NCBI RefSeq assembly: GCF_000011805.1
Contig: NC_006840.2
DNA length: 32,000 bases
Reading direction: 5' to 3' (one strand)
DNA from: Aliivibrio fischeri ES114
GTDB lineage: Bacteria > Pseudomonadota > Gammaproteobacteria > Enterobacterales > Vibrionaceae
Part shown: one piece after another, positions 1 to 9,012 of the stretch
How the letters are laid out: each line of letters starts with the position of its first letter
Position numbering within the stretch: the stretch's first letter is position 1
Position numbers and translations under genes: made by a program
Notes under the pieces: model-generated
Database searches by the model: none
What the model saw: only the letters and a program-made list of their open reading frames with translations
Told to the model about the DNA's origin: nothing

Positions 1-185
1 TCAAGACCACGAGTCTGAGCTGTTAAGCGGTTAGAAATTTGTAGACCAGCAGCGTCATCTTTTGCGCTGTTGATTTTAGTACCTGACGATAAACGCTCCA
101 TTGAGTTGTTTAGGTCATTTGTTGCGTTGTTTAGGTAACGCTGCGCAGTCATCGCAGATACGTTAGTATTTACATTTACAGCCAT
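1..185 (-). CDS. flaA: Flagellin, N-terminal fragment (gene continues off the left edge)
   Basis: Minus strand from ATG at 185 reads [61 protein letters not shown], the typical bacterial flagellin N-terminus. Adjacent to flgL with an upstream sigma-54-like promoter, as for Vibrio flaA. Paralog assignment is inference. Confidence 0.9.
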   Translation of the reverse strand, partial: MAVNVNTNVSAMTAQRYLNNATNDLNNSMERLSSGTKINSAKDDAAGLQISNRLTAQTRGL

Positions 186-254
186 CGTTGCTCTCCTTTG
201 GCTTCGCTTTCACGAAAACTCATTTCTGCTCTATTCAGAAATATTTAAATTTAT

Positions 255-282
255 ATCAGCCACAATCAGCCACAATCAGCCA
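255..282. repeat. 10-bp direct repeat (2.8 units) in the flagellin leader
   Basis: ATCAGCCACA ATCAGCCACA ATCAGCCA. Confidence 0.9.
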
Positions 283-452
283 ATAGTTATTCTGTGCCAT
301 GTAATTTACATATCAATTCCCATGCCAAGATGAGAAAAATATGCACATTAATGACCGACATACAAAAGCAAAGCCTTCAACTCTACTCTGCAACTGCTAT
401 GCCACTATTTACCATTGGCAAACTGTGAGCTTCTCAGTCATAGTTATTAATT

Positions 453-468
453 AGCATAAGGTGTGCCA
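453..468 (-). promoter_or_regulatory. Candidate sigma-54 (-24/-12) promoter for the flagellin gene
   Basis: Minus strand TGGCACACCTTATGCT: GG-N10-GC spacing and a full TGGCAC -24 element. Confidence 0.7.
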
Positions 469-595
469 GTTTTTTAAATAAATGCTTCAATATAAGCAAA
501 AACAAATAAAAATCACTAAATAACAATAACTTACAAAATGGTCGCATTCTTTGTTTTTCCACTTTTGATAGAAAAAATAAGAATGAAAAATATTT

Positions 596-706
596 TTGCC
601 GCTTAATGAACAATAGGGTTTGCCGCTTTTTTTCACCTTTGCCTCAATAAATAAACGACTATTTATCTGCTACTAAAAAGCGGCAAAAAAACAAACAGAG
701 CGGCAA
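596..706. repeat. Nested inverted-repeat element based on TTGCCGCTT/AAGCGGCAA
   Basis: Outer arms TTGCCGCT (596-603)/AGCGGCAA (699-706); middle arms TTTGCCGCTTTTT (619-631)/AAAAAGCGGCAAA (675-687); inner arms ATAAATA (647-653)/TATTTAT (660-666). Confidence 0.75.
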
Positions 707-757
707 GGCATTTCCCATGCAATATATTGATAATTCAATTAGTTATAGAAATAAAAA

Positions 758-779
758 AGCCTAACATCACTGCTAGGCT
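758..779 (-). terminator. Intrinsic terminator after flgL
   Basis: Minus strand AGCCTA-GCAGTGATGT-TAGGCT followed by T-rich tract (TTTTTT). Confidence 0.65.
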
Positions 780-803
780 CTCTATTTTATTTAATGGTGG
801 TAT

Positions 804-1997
804 TTACACGTAATTAAATAAAGTAATGTCTTTTACTTTACCAAACGCTTGTTGAGATGCTTGGAGTGCTCGTGTATTTTCATTAAATTCGATTACGGCT
901 TGTGCGTAATCTAAATCTTCAATTGAACTTAATGACTTCGACAAGGTTAAATCAAAATCTTGATGCTGTTGTTCTTGTTGATCTAACGTATTTTGTCTTG
1001 TACCCACTTCAGCTCGTGCTTGGCTTAAATGAATAAATGCAGCATGAAATTCATCGGTTACTTGCTGAAGTTCTGCTGTTGTTGATGCATCAGCTACATC
1101 ATTTAACGCTAATTCAGACGCTTTCTTAAATGAATCAAAGATACTAATGGTTTTCTTTGGCTCAAGAGTGATCACATCACCTGACTTTAATTGGCCACGG
1201 ATCTGGATATCAACACCTTCATATTTAATCCCTTCTGATGGATCAAATTGAGCATTTTTAACCACACTACCATCTTTTGATAATTGGTAATTATATTGAC
1301 CATTTGCCGAAGCACTAAAGCTCACTTCATACGTTGCAGGGTCAGTATAATTTGTATTTGTTGCTTGTGATAACAACAGTTCAGATCCTTCTTGCAAAGC
1401 ATACTGTGGATCATAATCACCAAATGGATTTTTGATTTCAGTGAACAGTTTGCTACCAGCGTCATTTACCGCTACTTCAATTGAACCTGATACCTTTAAC
1501 TTACGTTGATATTCATCACCAGCATAAGCAACGGTGCCGTCATTGGCTTTAAAAAACGGCTGTGTTTTCGGTTTCGTACCAGAAAATAAGTAGTTTCCTG
1601 ATTCATCTAACATGTTAGTCAGATTCAAGAAGTTACTTGCGATACCTTTTAAGTCTTGTGCATGAGCGTAACGATCTTCTGGTGCTAATGAACCATTGAT
1701 CATTTCCATTACGCTACGTTTTGCATCATCCGCAAACTGCTCGGCATTCGCAATCGCAACTTCATGGCGCTCTAAACGGTTACGTGCCAATGTAATAGTA
1801 TCTGTATATTGGCGTAACTCTTCTTTCTTTTGAGTTAGGTTTTGAGCATATAACGCTGCAACGGGATCATCACCTGCTGTTAATAGCTTTTTACCTGATG
1901 CTAATTGTGCACTGTTATGATGCACTTTCGCTTCTTGGCGCGAAATATCATTTTGCACCGCTTGGTAATTATGAAAGCTTGAAATACGATTTAACAT
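804..1997 (-). CDS. flgL: Flagellar hook-filament junction protein FlgL
   Basis: 397-aa ORF, N-term MLNRISSFHNYQAVQNDISRQEAKVHHNSAQLASGKKLLTAGDDPVAALYAQNLT; position downstream of flgK. Confidence 0.93.
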   Translation of the reverse strand: MLNRISSFHNYQAVQNDISRQEAKVHHNSAQLASGKKLLTAGDDPVAALYAQNLTQKKEELRQYTDTITLARNRLERHEVAIANAEQFADDAKRSVMEMINGSLAPEDRYAHAQDLKGIASNFLNLTNMLDESGNYLFSGTKPKTQPFFKANDGTVAYAGDEYQRKLKVSGSIEVAVNDAGSKLFTEIKNPFGDYDPQYALQEGSELLLSQATNTNYTDPATYEVSFSASANGQYNYQLSKDGSVVKNAQFDPSEGIKYEGVDIQIRGQLKSGDVITLEPKKTISIFDSFKKASELALNDVADASTTAELQQVTDEFHAAFIHLSQARAEVGTRQNTLDQQEQQHQDFDLTLSKSLSSIEDLDYAQAVIEFNENTRALQASQQAFGKVKDITLFNYV

Positions 1998-2014
1998 ACT
2001 CTACAGCTCCTTAA

Positions 2015-3895
2015 TTACGATAATTGTAAAATTGAGTTGAACGTTTCATCTGCCGCTTTCATGATACGTGAAGATGCCATGTACGCTTGTTGGAACTTCA
2101 TCATGTTTGCCGCTTCTTCATCTAAGTTCACGCCAGAAACTGAAGCAACACGACTTTGAGCAGCTTCATTCTCTACACGAGATACTTCAGATAAACGAGA
2201 CGCTGTTGCTTTTTTCAGGCCAATTTCAGTATTTACGTTTTCGTATAGGTCAATCACCGTTGAACGGCCTTCGTCCATCACTTTACGTGTCTGTAAGCCT
2301 TGCATTAGCAATAAGTTACCGTTATCACCTTCAGATGGTACTAAGTTAGCTGCAAATTTATCATTTGCTGCTGCACCACCGGTTAATTCAAACGTAGTAC
2401 CACCAACAGTTACTGGGCCTTTTGGTGGGTATGTTTGAGGTTCAAGTAACATTTTTCCTTTCATATCTAATACAGCAAACTGATTTGCAGCAGGAGAGAT
2501 AACTACTTGGAATTCTTTTAATGCGCCTGATTGCAGAACTTTAAATTTTGCATTACCTGTTGCGAATGTTGCTGAGCTTGCATAGCTTTGTGCGGCAATT
2601 TTCTCTGCTTCATTCATCTCTAGCTTAATTTCACCAGCCGCAATACGAGTTGGGCGAAGTAATACACGCTCACCGGCACTTAGTGGTTCACGAATTTCAA
2701 CTCGCATACCGTCTAAGAAAAAGGTCGATGGGTTACCGGTTGGGTCTAAGCGTTGTACTTCACCTGTTGGTCGGGTCACTGTATATTGGCTACCATCGTA
2801 TTTTAGTGCGTAATCGCCTGCTTTTAGTAAGCTGATATCATCAATAAATACGCCTACTTCAGCAGAAGAACCACCTTGTACAATGGCACGGCTACGTGCT
2901 GCTTGTTCTGAATTCACATCAGAGAAAATGTTTGCACCGATCTGGCCACGCAAATCAATCGCTTGGCTTTGTAAACGGTTAACTTCACTGCTGAAGCCTA
3001 CTGCTACACGGCCTAATTCATCCATGATTGTTGGGATAGTGCTATCACGCAATTCAAACAGTGCCGATAATTTACCGCCAATGCTGTCATGCTGAATTGC
3101 TTTCATACCTTTACCTTCAACCATTGCTAGTCGACGCTGTAATGGGTCTGGAGAACCTGCAATCATTTTCAATTCACTTGCATTTGTGCCAGACACAAGC
3201 ATGTGTCCACCACCAATTAATACATTGAATGAATTCTCGTTATCACGCTTAGTGATCGTTACTTTTGTGTATTGAGATAGCTCTTTAATTAACTTTTCAT
3301 GACGGTCCATTAGGTCATTGTGCGGACCTGGGGTCTTAACCATCATTTTGTTAATGTCTTTTAACTCTAGAGCAATGGCATTCATACGCTCTACAGTTAG
3401 ATCCATCTTTTTATTTACATCTGCATTTTGCTGACGCACATTTTCGTAAAAATCGTTCAAGCTTTGTGAAACAAGACGTGATTTTTCAAGTACTACCTTA
3501 CGCGCACCGATTTCGTTAGGGCTGTCGGCAAGAGTTTTTACTGCATCAAACCAATCATTGATGTTTTCAGGAATACGTTTAGCACCAATTGATGACATCA
3601 TATTCGTTAATACATCAAGATTCGCTTCTGTATCCATAGAGTAGTTTAAGTTGGTTGTCGAAAGGTTCAGTTCATTTGTAGCGAACTGATCAAACGAACG
3701 TCGCACAGCGGCTACATGCACGCCTGCGCCGAGGTTTGCACCTGACACCCAATGAGGCATATTAGTATCTTGAACAACCGATTGACGACTAAAGCCCTCA
3801 GTATTAACGTTGTTAATATTGTGACTGGTCGTATTCAGTTGACGCTGCGCCGTAAGCACACCTTGTGTACCTAGATTTAGCAGATCAAGTCCCAT
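2015..3895 (-). CDS. flgK: Flagellar hook-filament junction protein FlgK
   Basis: 626-aa ORF, MGLDLLNLGTQGVLTAQRQLNTTSHNINNVNTEGFSRQ; C-term EEAANMMKFQQAYMASSRIMKAADETFNSIL. Confidence 0.97.
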   Translation of the reverse strand: MGLDLLNLGTQGVLTAQRQLNTTSHNINNVNTEGFSRQSVVQDTNMPHWVSGANLGAGVHVAAVRRSFDQFATNELNLSTTNLNYSMDTEANLDVLTNMMSSIGAKRIPENINDWFDAVKTLADSPNEIGARKVVLEKSRLVSQSLNDFYENVRQQNADVNKKMDLTVERMNAIALELKDINKMMVKTPGPHNDLMDRHEKLIKELSQYTKVTITKRDNENSFNVLIGGGHMLVSGTNASELKMIAGSPDPLQRRLAMVEGKGMKAIQHDSIGGKLSALFELRDSTIPTIMDELGRVAVGFSSEVNRLQSQAIDLRGQIGANIFSDVNSEQAARSRAIVQGGSSAEVGVFIDDISLLKAGDYALKYDGSQYTVTRPTGEVQRLDPTGNPSTFFLDGMRVEIREPLSAGERVLLRPTRIAAGEIKLEMNEAEKIAAQSYASSATFATGNAKFKVLQSGALKEFQVVISPAANQFAVLDMKGKMLLEPQTYPPKGPVTVGGTTFELTGGAAANDKFAANLVPSEGDNGNLLLMQGLQTRKVMDEGRSTVIDLYENVNTEIGLKKATASRLSEVSRVENEAAQSRVASVSGVNLDEEAANMMKFQQAYMASSRIMKAADETFNSILQLS

Positions 3896-3952
3896 GTTGC
3901 CTCCAAAAAAACTCTATAAAAAGATGCGATAATATTTCCTAACGAATCTAAT

Positions 3953-3980
3953 ATAGCAATCAGTGTGCCAACTTTTATTT
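3953..3980 (-). repeat. 28-bp promoter module, copy 1
   Basis: ATAGCAATCAGTGTGCCAACTTTTATTT, identical to 8830-8857. Confidence 0.95.
3955..3970 (-). promoter_or_regulatory. Sigma-54 promoter candidate for flgKL
   Basis: Minus strand TGGCACACTGATTGCT, about 60 nt upstream of the flgK start. Confidence 0.8.
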
Positions 3981-4100
3981 ATTTGGTTTTCAATGACTTA
4001 ATTGAAGTTATTGATATTCACTTTAATAAAATTACTGATCGAATACATTTTTCTTGCCTCTTCTTTGCCTCTTTTCATTTTAAGCGGCAAGCAAAAACAA

Positions 4101-4133
4101 AAAATCCTGCCGCTTTTTCAAGAGACAGGATTT
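4101..4133 (-). terminator. Intrinsic terminator after flgJ
   Basis: Minus strand AAATCCTG ... CAGGATTTTTTG, hairpin with T tract between flgJ and the flgK promoter. Confidence 0.6.
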
Positions 4134-4164
4134 AATGTTAGTGTTTGTATTTAATGCGTTCGTA

Positions 4165-5184
4165 TTACTTTAATAAGCTTTCTACTTTTCTCATTACACT
4201 CATTACTTTATTTGAGTAATTTGGATCCGTAGCATAACCAGCACTATGAATGCCTTTAATGAAGCTTTCTGAACTATCCGTTTGTTGCAGTGCTCGTTCG
4301 TAACGTGGATTTTGGTTTAAGAAGCGAACAAAATCACTGAAACTCTCTTCATAGTTATCGTATGAACGGAAGGCTGCATTTTCTGTCACTGCAATATTAT
4401 CGTGATATTCAAGTGTGTTCTTAGAGATCTTATCTCCTTGCCAACTTCTATCTGCTTTAATATTAAATAAGTTATGACTTGAATCTACAGAGTTCTTAAT
4501 GACCTTTTTACCCCAACCCGTTTCAAGAGCGGCTTGTGCAATAAGAAGATTAGAATCAACACCTAATGCTTTTGCCGCTTTTTCTGCATAAGGCTTCATG
4601 GTGTTAACAAAGTCTTGAGGTGTTTCAAATTTATCAGCAGGTTGAACTTTTCTCGCTGCTAACATTTTATCAATTTGTGCAATTTCAGGTGCTTCTGTTT
4701 GAGATTCTTGTTTCGCTTGAGAAGCATGAGGATATGAGTAATCAGCAGGCAAGCGTAATGTTTCATCGGTTGCCGCTTTACGCATTGCCATTCTTGCATC
4801 TTGCTCTAAATTATTGCCGCTTTGTACTGGCGCCGCTTGGTTCATTGAAGCGCCTAATTGAGCAACAATCATATCAGCTAAACCTAATGACCCTTTTTTC
4901 GATAGTTCAGTGGCCATTTGATCATCACGCATTTGTTCAAAGAACTGCTGATTATCACTGCTCATCATATCGGATTTAAAAGAGTCATTTGCATTACGCA
5001 TTGATTTAAAAAGCATTTGTGTGAAGATTGATTCAAACTGCTCTGCTGCTGCACGCAATGCTTTATCTTGACTATCTTGATCGCCACTAACGGCACTTTT
5101 ACGTAATTTATCAAGACCGCCTACGTCGTGGATAAATCCCACATCTGTCATATTTACTGAATTATTCATCTTCACACTTTGCAT
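4165..5184 (-). CDS. flgJ: Flagellar rod assembly protein / peptidoglycan hydrolase FlgJ
   Basis: 339 aa; N-term rod-binding domain (ALRAAAEQFESIFTQMLFKSMRNA) and C-term glucosaminidase domain (LLIAQAALETGWGKKVIKN...NLFNIKADRSW). Confidence 0.95.
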   Translation of the reverse strand: MQSVKMNNSVNMTDVGFIHDVGGLDKLRKSAVSGDQDSQDKALRAAAEQFESIFTQMLFKSMRNANDSFKSDMMSSDNQQFFEQMRDDQMATELSKKGSLGLADMIVAQLGASMNQAAPVQSGNNLEQDARMAMRKAATDETLRLPADYSYPHASQAKQESQTEAPEIAQIDKMLAARKVQPADKFETPQDFVNTMKPYAEKAAKALGVDSNLLIAQAALETGWGKKVIKNSVDSSHNLFNIKADRSWQGDKISKNTLEYHDNIAVTENAAFRSYDNYEESFSDFVRFLNQNPRYERALQQTDSSESFIKGIHSAGYATDPNYSNKVMSVMRKVESLLK

Positions 5185-5227
5185 TAACTAACACTAATAT
5201 AACTACAGCAAATTTAATGCCAAAAAA

Positions 5228-5250
5228 AACGCACCTACAAGAGGTGCGTT
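5228..5250 (-). terminator. Terminator-like hairpin between flgI and flgJ
   Basis: Minus strand AACGCACCT-CTTGT-AGGTGCGTT followed by an uninterrupted T run (TTTTTTTTGG); perfect 9-bp stem. Confidence 0.7.
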
Positions 5251-5277
5251 TATTGTCTTTGTAAAGCCGAGCTGCTA

Positions 5278-6399
5278 TTAGATAATAATCAATTGACCTT
5301 CAATTGCACCCGCTTGTTTTAATGCTTGTAAAATAGCCATTAAATCTGATGGTGCAGCACCTACTTCATTCACAGCTCTTACTAAATCATCTAATGTTAA
5401 GCCCGGTTCAAATTTAAACATTTTACCTTGCTCTTCAGTTACTTCGATATCAGAGTCCGGAGTTACTACCGTTTGCCCATCACTAAATGGTCCCGGTTGA
5501 CTAACTTGTAAATTCTCTTTAATTGCAACCGTCATACCACCGTGGGTTACCGCAGCCGGTTTTAACTTAACGTGCTTACCAACAACGATAGTACCAGTAC
5601 GAGAGTTAACAATGATTTTTGCTGAACCATCTGCTGGGTCAAAATCTACATTTTCTACCGCAGATAAGAAAGCAACACGTTGACTAATATCACGAGGGGC
5701 ACGAACTCGTACCGACGTTGCATCCACAGCAGAAGCCATGTTTGGACCTAAGAAGTTATTTACCGCATCTGCCATACGCTGCGCAGTAGTAAAGTCTGAT
5801 TCTAAAAGGTTAAAGGTGATAAAGTCACCACGACCAAATGGAGATGGAACTTCACGTTCAACCATCGCACCACCTGAGATACGACCGACTGTTGGGTTAT
5901 TACCGACAATTTTAGAACCATCAGCACCGGTTGCACTAAAACCACTTACGATTAAGTTACCTTGTGCAATCGCATACGTTTTACCATCCAAACCTTTTAA
6001 GAACGTTTGTAATAACGTACCACCACGTAAACTTTTAGCTGAGCCTACTGATGAAACCGTTACATCAACCACTTGGCCTTGTTTAGAAAATGGTGGCAAT
6101 GTTGCTGTTACCATTACTGCCGCTACGTTTTTTGTCTTTGGTTTCGTACCCGGTGGTAATTGAATACCAAAGTTTTGCAGCATGGCATTGAAACTTTGAT
6201 CAGTAAATGGCGTTGACTCACCAGTACCTGGTAAACCAGAAACTAGACCATAGCCAATTAGTTGGTTACTACGAACCCCAGCGACTTCTGCTACGTCTTT
6301 AATACGTGCAGCGTGTGCTGTAGATATACTTAGGCATAACCAAGTAAAAAGTACAGTAACTAGATTTTTATTCACGTCAAAACTCCAACGATTCGTCAT
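5278..6399 (-). CDS. flgI: Flagellar P-ring protein FlgI
   Basis: 373 aa; [31 protein letters not shown]... and [18 protein letters not shown]; signal peptide. Confidence 0.97.
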   Translation of the reverse strand: MTNRWSFDVNKNLVTVLFTWLCLSISTAHAARIKDVAEVAGVRSNQLIGYGLVSGLPGTGESTPFTDQSFNAMLQNFGIQLPPGTKPKTKNVAAVMVTATLPPFSKQGQVVDVTVSSVGSAKSLRGGTLLQTFLKGLDGKTYAIAQGNLIVSGFSATGADGSKIVGNNPTVGRISGGAMVEREVPSPFGRGDFITFNLLESDFTTAQRMADAVNNFLGPNMASAVDATSVRVRAPRDISQRVAFLSAVENVDFDPADGSAKIIVNSRTGTIVVGKHVKLKPAAVTHGGMTVAIKENLQVSQPGPFSDGQTVVTPDSDIEVTEEQGKMFKFEPGLTLDDLVRAVNEVGAAPSDLMAILQALKQAGAIEGQLIII

Positions 6400-6401
6400 T
6401 A

Positions 6402-7205
6402 TTATAGTGCTACATTAAAGAATCGTGCCAAGAATCCAGGTTCTTGCATATCTTGTTGATCACCCGTACCTGAATATTGAATACGAGCATTTGAGATTCG
6501 TGTCGAATCAATGGTGTTATCAAAATTAATATCATCTGGGCGAATTGTACCGCTTAATCGAATGTACTCATCACCCGTATTGAGCGTTAACCATTTCTCA
6601 CCACGGATCAATAAGTTGCCATTTGATAATACTTCGATGACTTCCACAGTAATTGAACCACTTAAGCTATTACTTTGATTAGCCGATGTGTTACCTGTGA
6701 AGTTATTGTCATTTGATAACTCATAAGAAAAGTTATATTGGCCACCCATTTGCAGCTCTTGTCCACCTACTTGCAATGGATCCATGCTTGAATCATTTGA
6801 TTTCGATAATTCAGCATCTGCACTTTTTGCCGCTTTTGTATTTTCAGCAAGCATAACGGTTACGATATCACCTAACCCACGAGGCTTAGTATCATCGTAC
6901 ATATCTTGTGCATGATCTACATTAAATAGAGAACCTGTAGCAGCTGCATAATGTTCTGGTTTTTCTTTAGGATGAATCGGTGCCCACGCAGGATCCCCTG
7001 CAATAGGATCATTACGACCACGTAGTGTATCGATAATACCTGAGTCTTCTTCTTTGGCTTTATCACCTTCAACTGCATCAACATTTGTTGTAGCAGAAGT
7101 CACCTCGCTTTCTTGTGCGCTCGGATTTTTAATTAGCAGCGTTTCACAACCAGTTAATGTTGTTAATAGCAGTAAACAAAGAAGACGTTTCATCCTAATC
7201 ACCAA
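6402..7205 (-). CDS. flgH: Flagellar L-ring lipoprotein FlgH (likely start at 7193, [16 protein letters not shown])
   Basis: Lipobox LTGC; C-term [50 protein letters not shown] typical of FlgH. Confidence 0.96.
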   Translation of the reverse strand: MVIRMKRLLCLLLLTTLTGCETLLIKNPSAQESEVTSATTNVDAVEGDKAKEEDSGIIDTLRGRNDPIAGDPAWAPIHPKEKPEHYAAATGSLFNVDHAQDMYDDTKPRGLGDIVTVMLAENTKAAKSADAELSKSNDSSMDPLQVGGQELQMGGQYNFSYELSNDNNFTGNTSANQSNSLSGSITVEVIEVLSNGNLLIRGEKWLTLNTGDEYIRLSGTIRPDDINFDNTIDSTRISNARIQYSGTGDQQDMQEPGFLARFFNVAL

Positions 7206-7994
7206 TTACAGTTGTTGGTTAACAAAGCTTGCCATCTTATCAACAGCAGAAATAACTTTAGAGTTCATTTCGTAAACACGTTGCGCTTCGATCATATTTA
7301 CCAATTCTTCAGTTACGTTTACGTTTGATGCTTCAAGCATTGATTGACGAACCGCACCAAAGCCATCTAAACCTGGAGTACCTTCTTGTGGGTCACCACT
7401 TGCACCTGTTGGTAAGTATAAGTTTTGACCTACAGGTTCTAAACCGCCTGGGTTAATGAAATCAACAGTGTTAATTTGACCAATAACTTGGTTATCTTGC
7501 TGACCACGTAGACGAACAGATACTTCGCCGTCTGTACCAACAGTTACGTTAATTGCATCTTCAGGAACAACAATTTCAGGCTCTAAACGGTAGCCAGCAC
7601 CAGTGGTTACAATCGCGCCTTCATCATTAAGAGTAAATTGACCATTACGTGTATAACCAATGTTGCCATCTGGCATAGTTACTTGGAAAAAGCCTTTACC
7701 TTCAATCATCATGTCCATACCATTTGATGTGGTTTGAGCATTACCGTTAGTAAATACTTTTTGAGTTGCTACCACTTTAGAACCAGAACCTAGCATTAAA
7801 CCAGTTGGTAATTCAGTATTCTGAGTTGATTGTGCACCGGCTTGGTTTACGTTTTGGTAAAACAGATCTTCAAATACGGCACGGCTCTTTTTAAAGCCAA
7901 CCGTTGAGGCGTTAGCCAAGTTGTTTGAGATAGTCGCAATGTTTGTTTGTTGTGCGTCTAAACCTGTTTTACTTACCCATAATGCTGGATTCAT
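7206..7994 (-). CDS. flgG: Flagellar distal rod protein FlgG
   Basis: 262 aa; MNPALWVSKTGLDAQQTNIATISNNLANASTVGFKKSRAVFEDL; C-term NVTEELVNMIEAQRVYEMNSKVISAVDKM. Confidence 0.97.
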   Translation of the reverse strand: MNPALWVSKTGLDAQQTNIATISNNLANASTVGFKKSRAVFEDLFYQNVNQAGAQSTQNTELPTGLMLGSGSKVVATQKVFTNGNAQTTSNGMDMMIEGKGFFQVTMPDGNIGYTRNGQFTLNDEGAIVTTGAGYRLEPEIVVPEDAINVTVGTDGEVSVRLRGQQDNQVIGQINTVDFINPGGLEPVGQNLYLPTGASGDPQEGTPGLDGFGAVRQSMLEASNVNVTEELVNMIEAQRVYEMNSKVISAVDKMASFVNQQL

Positions 7995-8048
7995 TGTGTA
8001 TTCCTCTAAATTCTTTAATGTATTAAGTTAATCAAGTTAATTATTCAA

Positions 8049-8798
8049 TTAACCCATACGTAATAATGAGTCTGAAGCTTTATCCATCTCTTCAGCTGTA
8101 CTCATCATCTTGACTTGCATTTCAAACTGACGCTGCAAATCAATTAAATTTGTCATTTCACCAACGGCGTTAACGTTACTTCCTTCTAGTGCGCCACTTA
8201 ATAATGTGATGTTTGCATCAGCATCAAATGTTGCGCCAGGGTTCTTTGAACGAAATAAGCCATTGGTATCTTTAAATAAGTCACGATTATCGGTTTTTAC
8301 TAATTTGATACGATCAACTTCAGCCATCGCTTCAGCTGGTGCGCCTTGCTCAAGAACAGAGATAGTGCCGTCTTTAGCAATTTGAATTTTTGCAATTGGT
8401 AACGGTAGTGTAATCGGTGCATCATTTTCACCTAATACAACATGACCACTACCATTCATTAGTAAACCCGTTTCATCGATTTTTAGATTACCAGCACGAG
8501 TTAAACCTTCACGACCCGTGTTGTCCATTACTGAAATCCAACCATCGCCTTCAACAGTTAAATCAAGATCACGACCTGTAGTGATCACAGAACCCTGAGA
8601 AAAACTGCTTCCTGGACGCTCAGTCATATTAAATACACGAGTAGGTAAACCTTCACCGTACGCTTGCATTGAACGAGCTTGCTCTAAATCAGCACGGAAA
8701 CCCGTTGTACTTACGTTTGCAAGGTTGTTTGAACGCAATTGCATAGCTTGCATGTTTTGCTTTGCGCCACTCATGGCTAAAAATAATGCGCGATCCAT
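8049..8798 (-). CDS. flgF: Flagellar proximal rod protein FlgF (ORF track starts at 8810; MDRALFLAMSGA at 8798 is the likelier start)
   Basis: MDRALFLAMSGAKQNMQAMQLRSNNLANVSTTGFRADLEQ; operon position. Confidence 0.93.
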   Translation of the reverse strand: MDRALFLAMSGAKQNMQAMQLRSNNLANVSTTGFRADLEQARSMQAYGEGLPTRVFNMTERPGSSFSQGSVITTGRDLDLTVEGDGWISVMDNTGREGLTRAGNLKIDETGLLMNGSGHVVLGENDAPITLPLPIAKIQIAKDGTISVLEQGAPAEAMAEVDRIKLVKTDNRDLFKDTNGLFRSKNPGATFDADANITLLSGALEGSNVNAVGEMTNLIDLQRQFEMQVKMMSTAEEMDKASDSLLRMG

Positions 8799-8829
8799 AA
8801 TGAACTCCAATAATCTATCTGAAGTTATA

Positions 8830-8857
8830 ATAGCAATCAGTGTGCCAACTTTTATTT
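8830..8857 (-). repeat. 28-bp promoter module, copy 2
   Basis: ATAGCAATCAGTGTGCCAACTTTTATTT, identical to 3953-3980. Confidence 0.95.
8832..8847 (-). promoter_or_regulatory. Sigma-54 promoter candidate for the flgFGHIJ operon
   Basis: Minus strand TGGCACACTGATTGCT, identical to the flgK promoter element. Confidence 0.8.
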
Positions 8858-8960
8858 TCTATATATTTCAATAAATTAACTTAAATTAGACGCTATTTTA
8901 TTACAGTGGGATATTTAAAGAGGAAAAAGAGAGGAAGTAAGAGGCAAAAATTCTGGGTAA

Positions 8961-8990
8961 AAAATTGCCGTCACATAAGACGGCAATTTT
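8961..8990 (-). terminator. Intrinsic terminator of the flgBCDE operon
   Basis: AAAATTGCCGTC-acataa-GACGGCAATTTT, 12-bp perfect stem, directly downstream of flgE. Confidence 0.75.
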
Positions 8991-9012
8991 AAGATATTGG
9001 ATAATAAAATTA

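Noticed and set aside
2068-3095. ORF-track plus-strand ORFs 2068..2349, 2650..2835 and 2883..3095
   Set aside because: Antisense to flgK, no recognisable domain or RBS support; flgK on the opposite strand is clearly genuine.
4620-7275. Plus-strand ORFs 4620..4979, 5738..6163 and 7054..7275
   Set aside because: Antisense shadows of flgJ, flgI and flgH/flgG; low-complexity predicted proteins.
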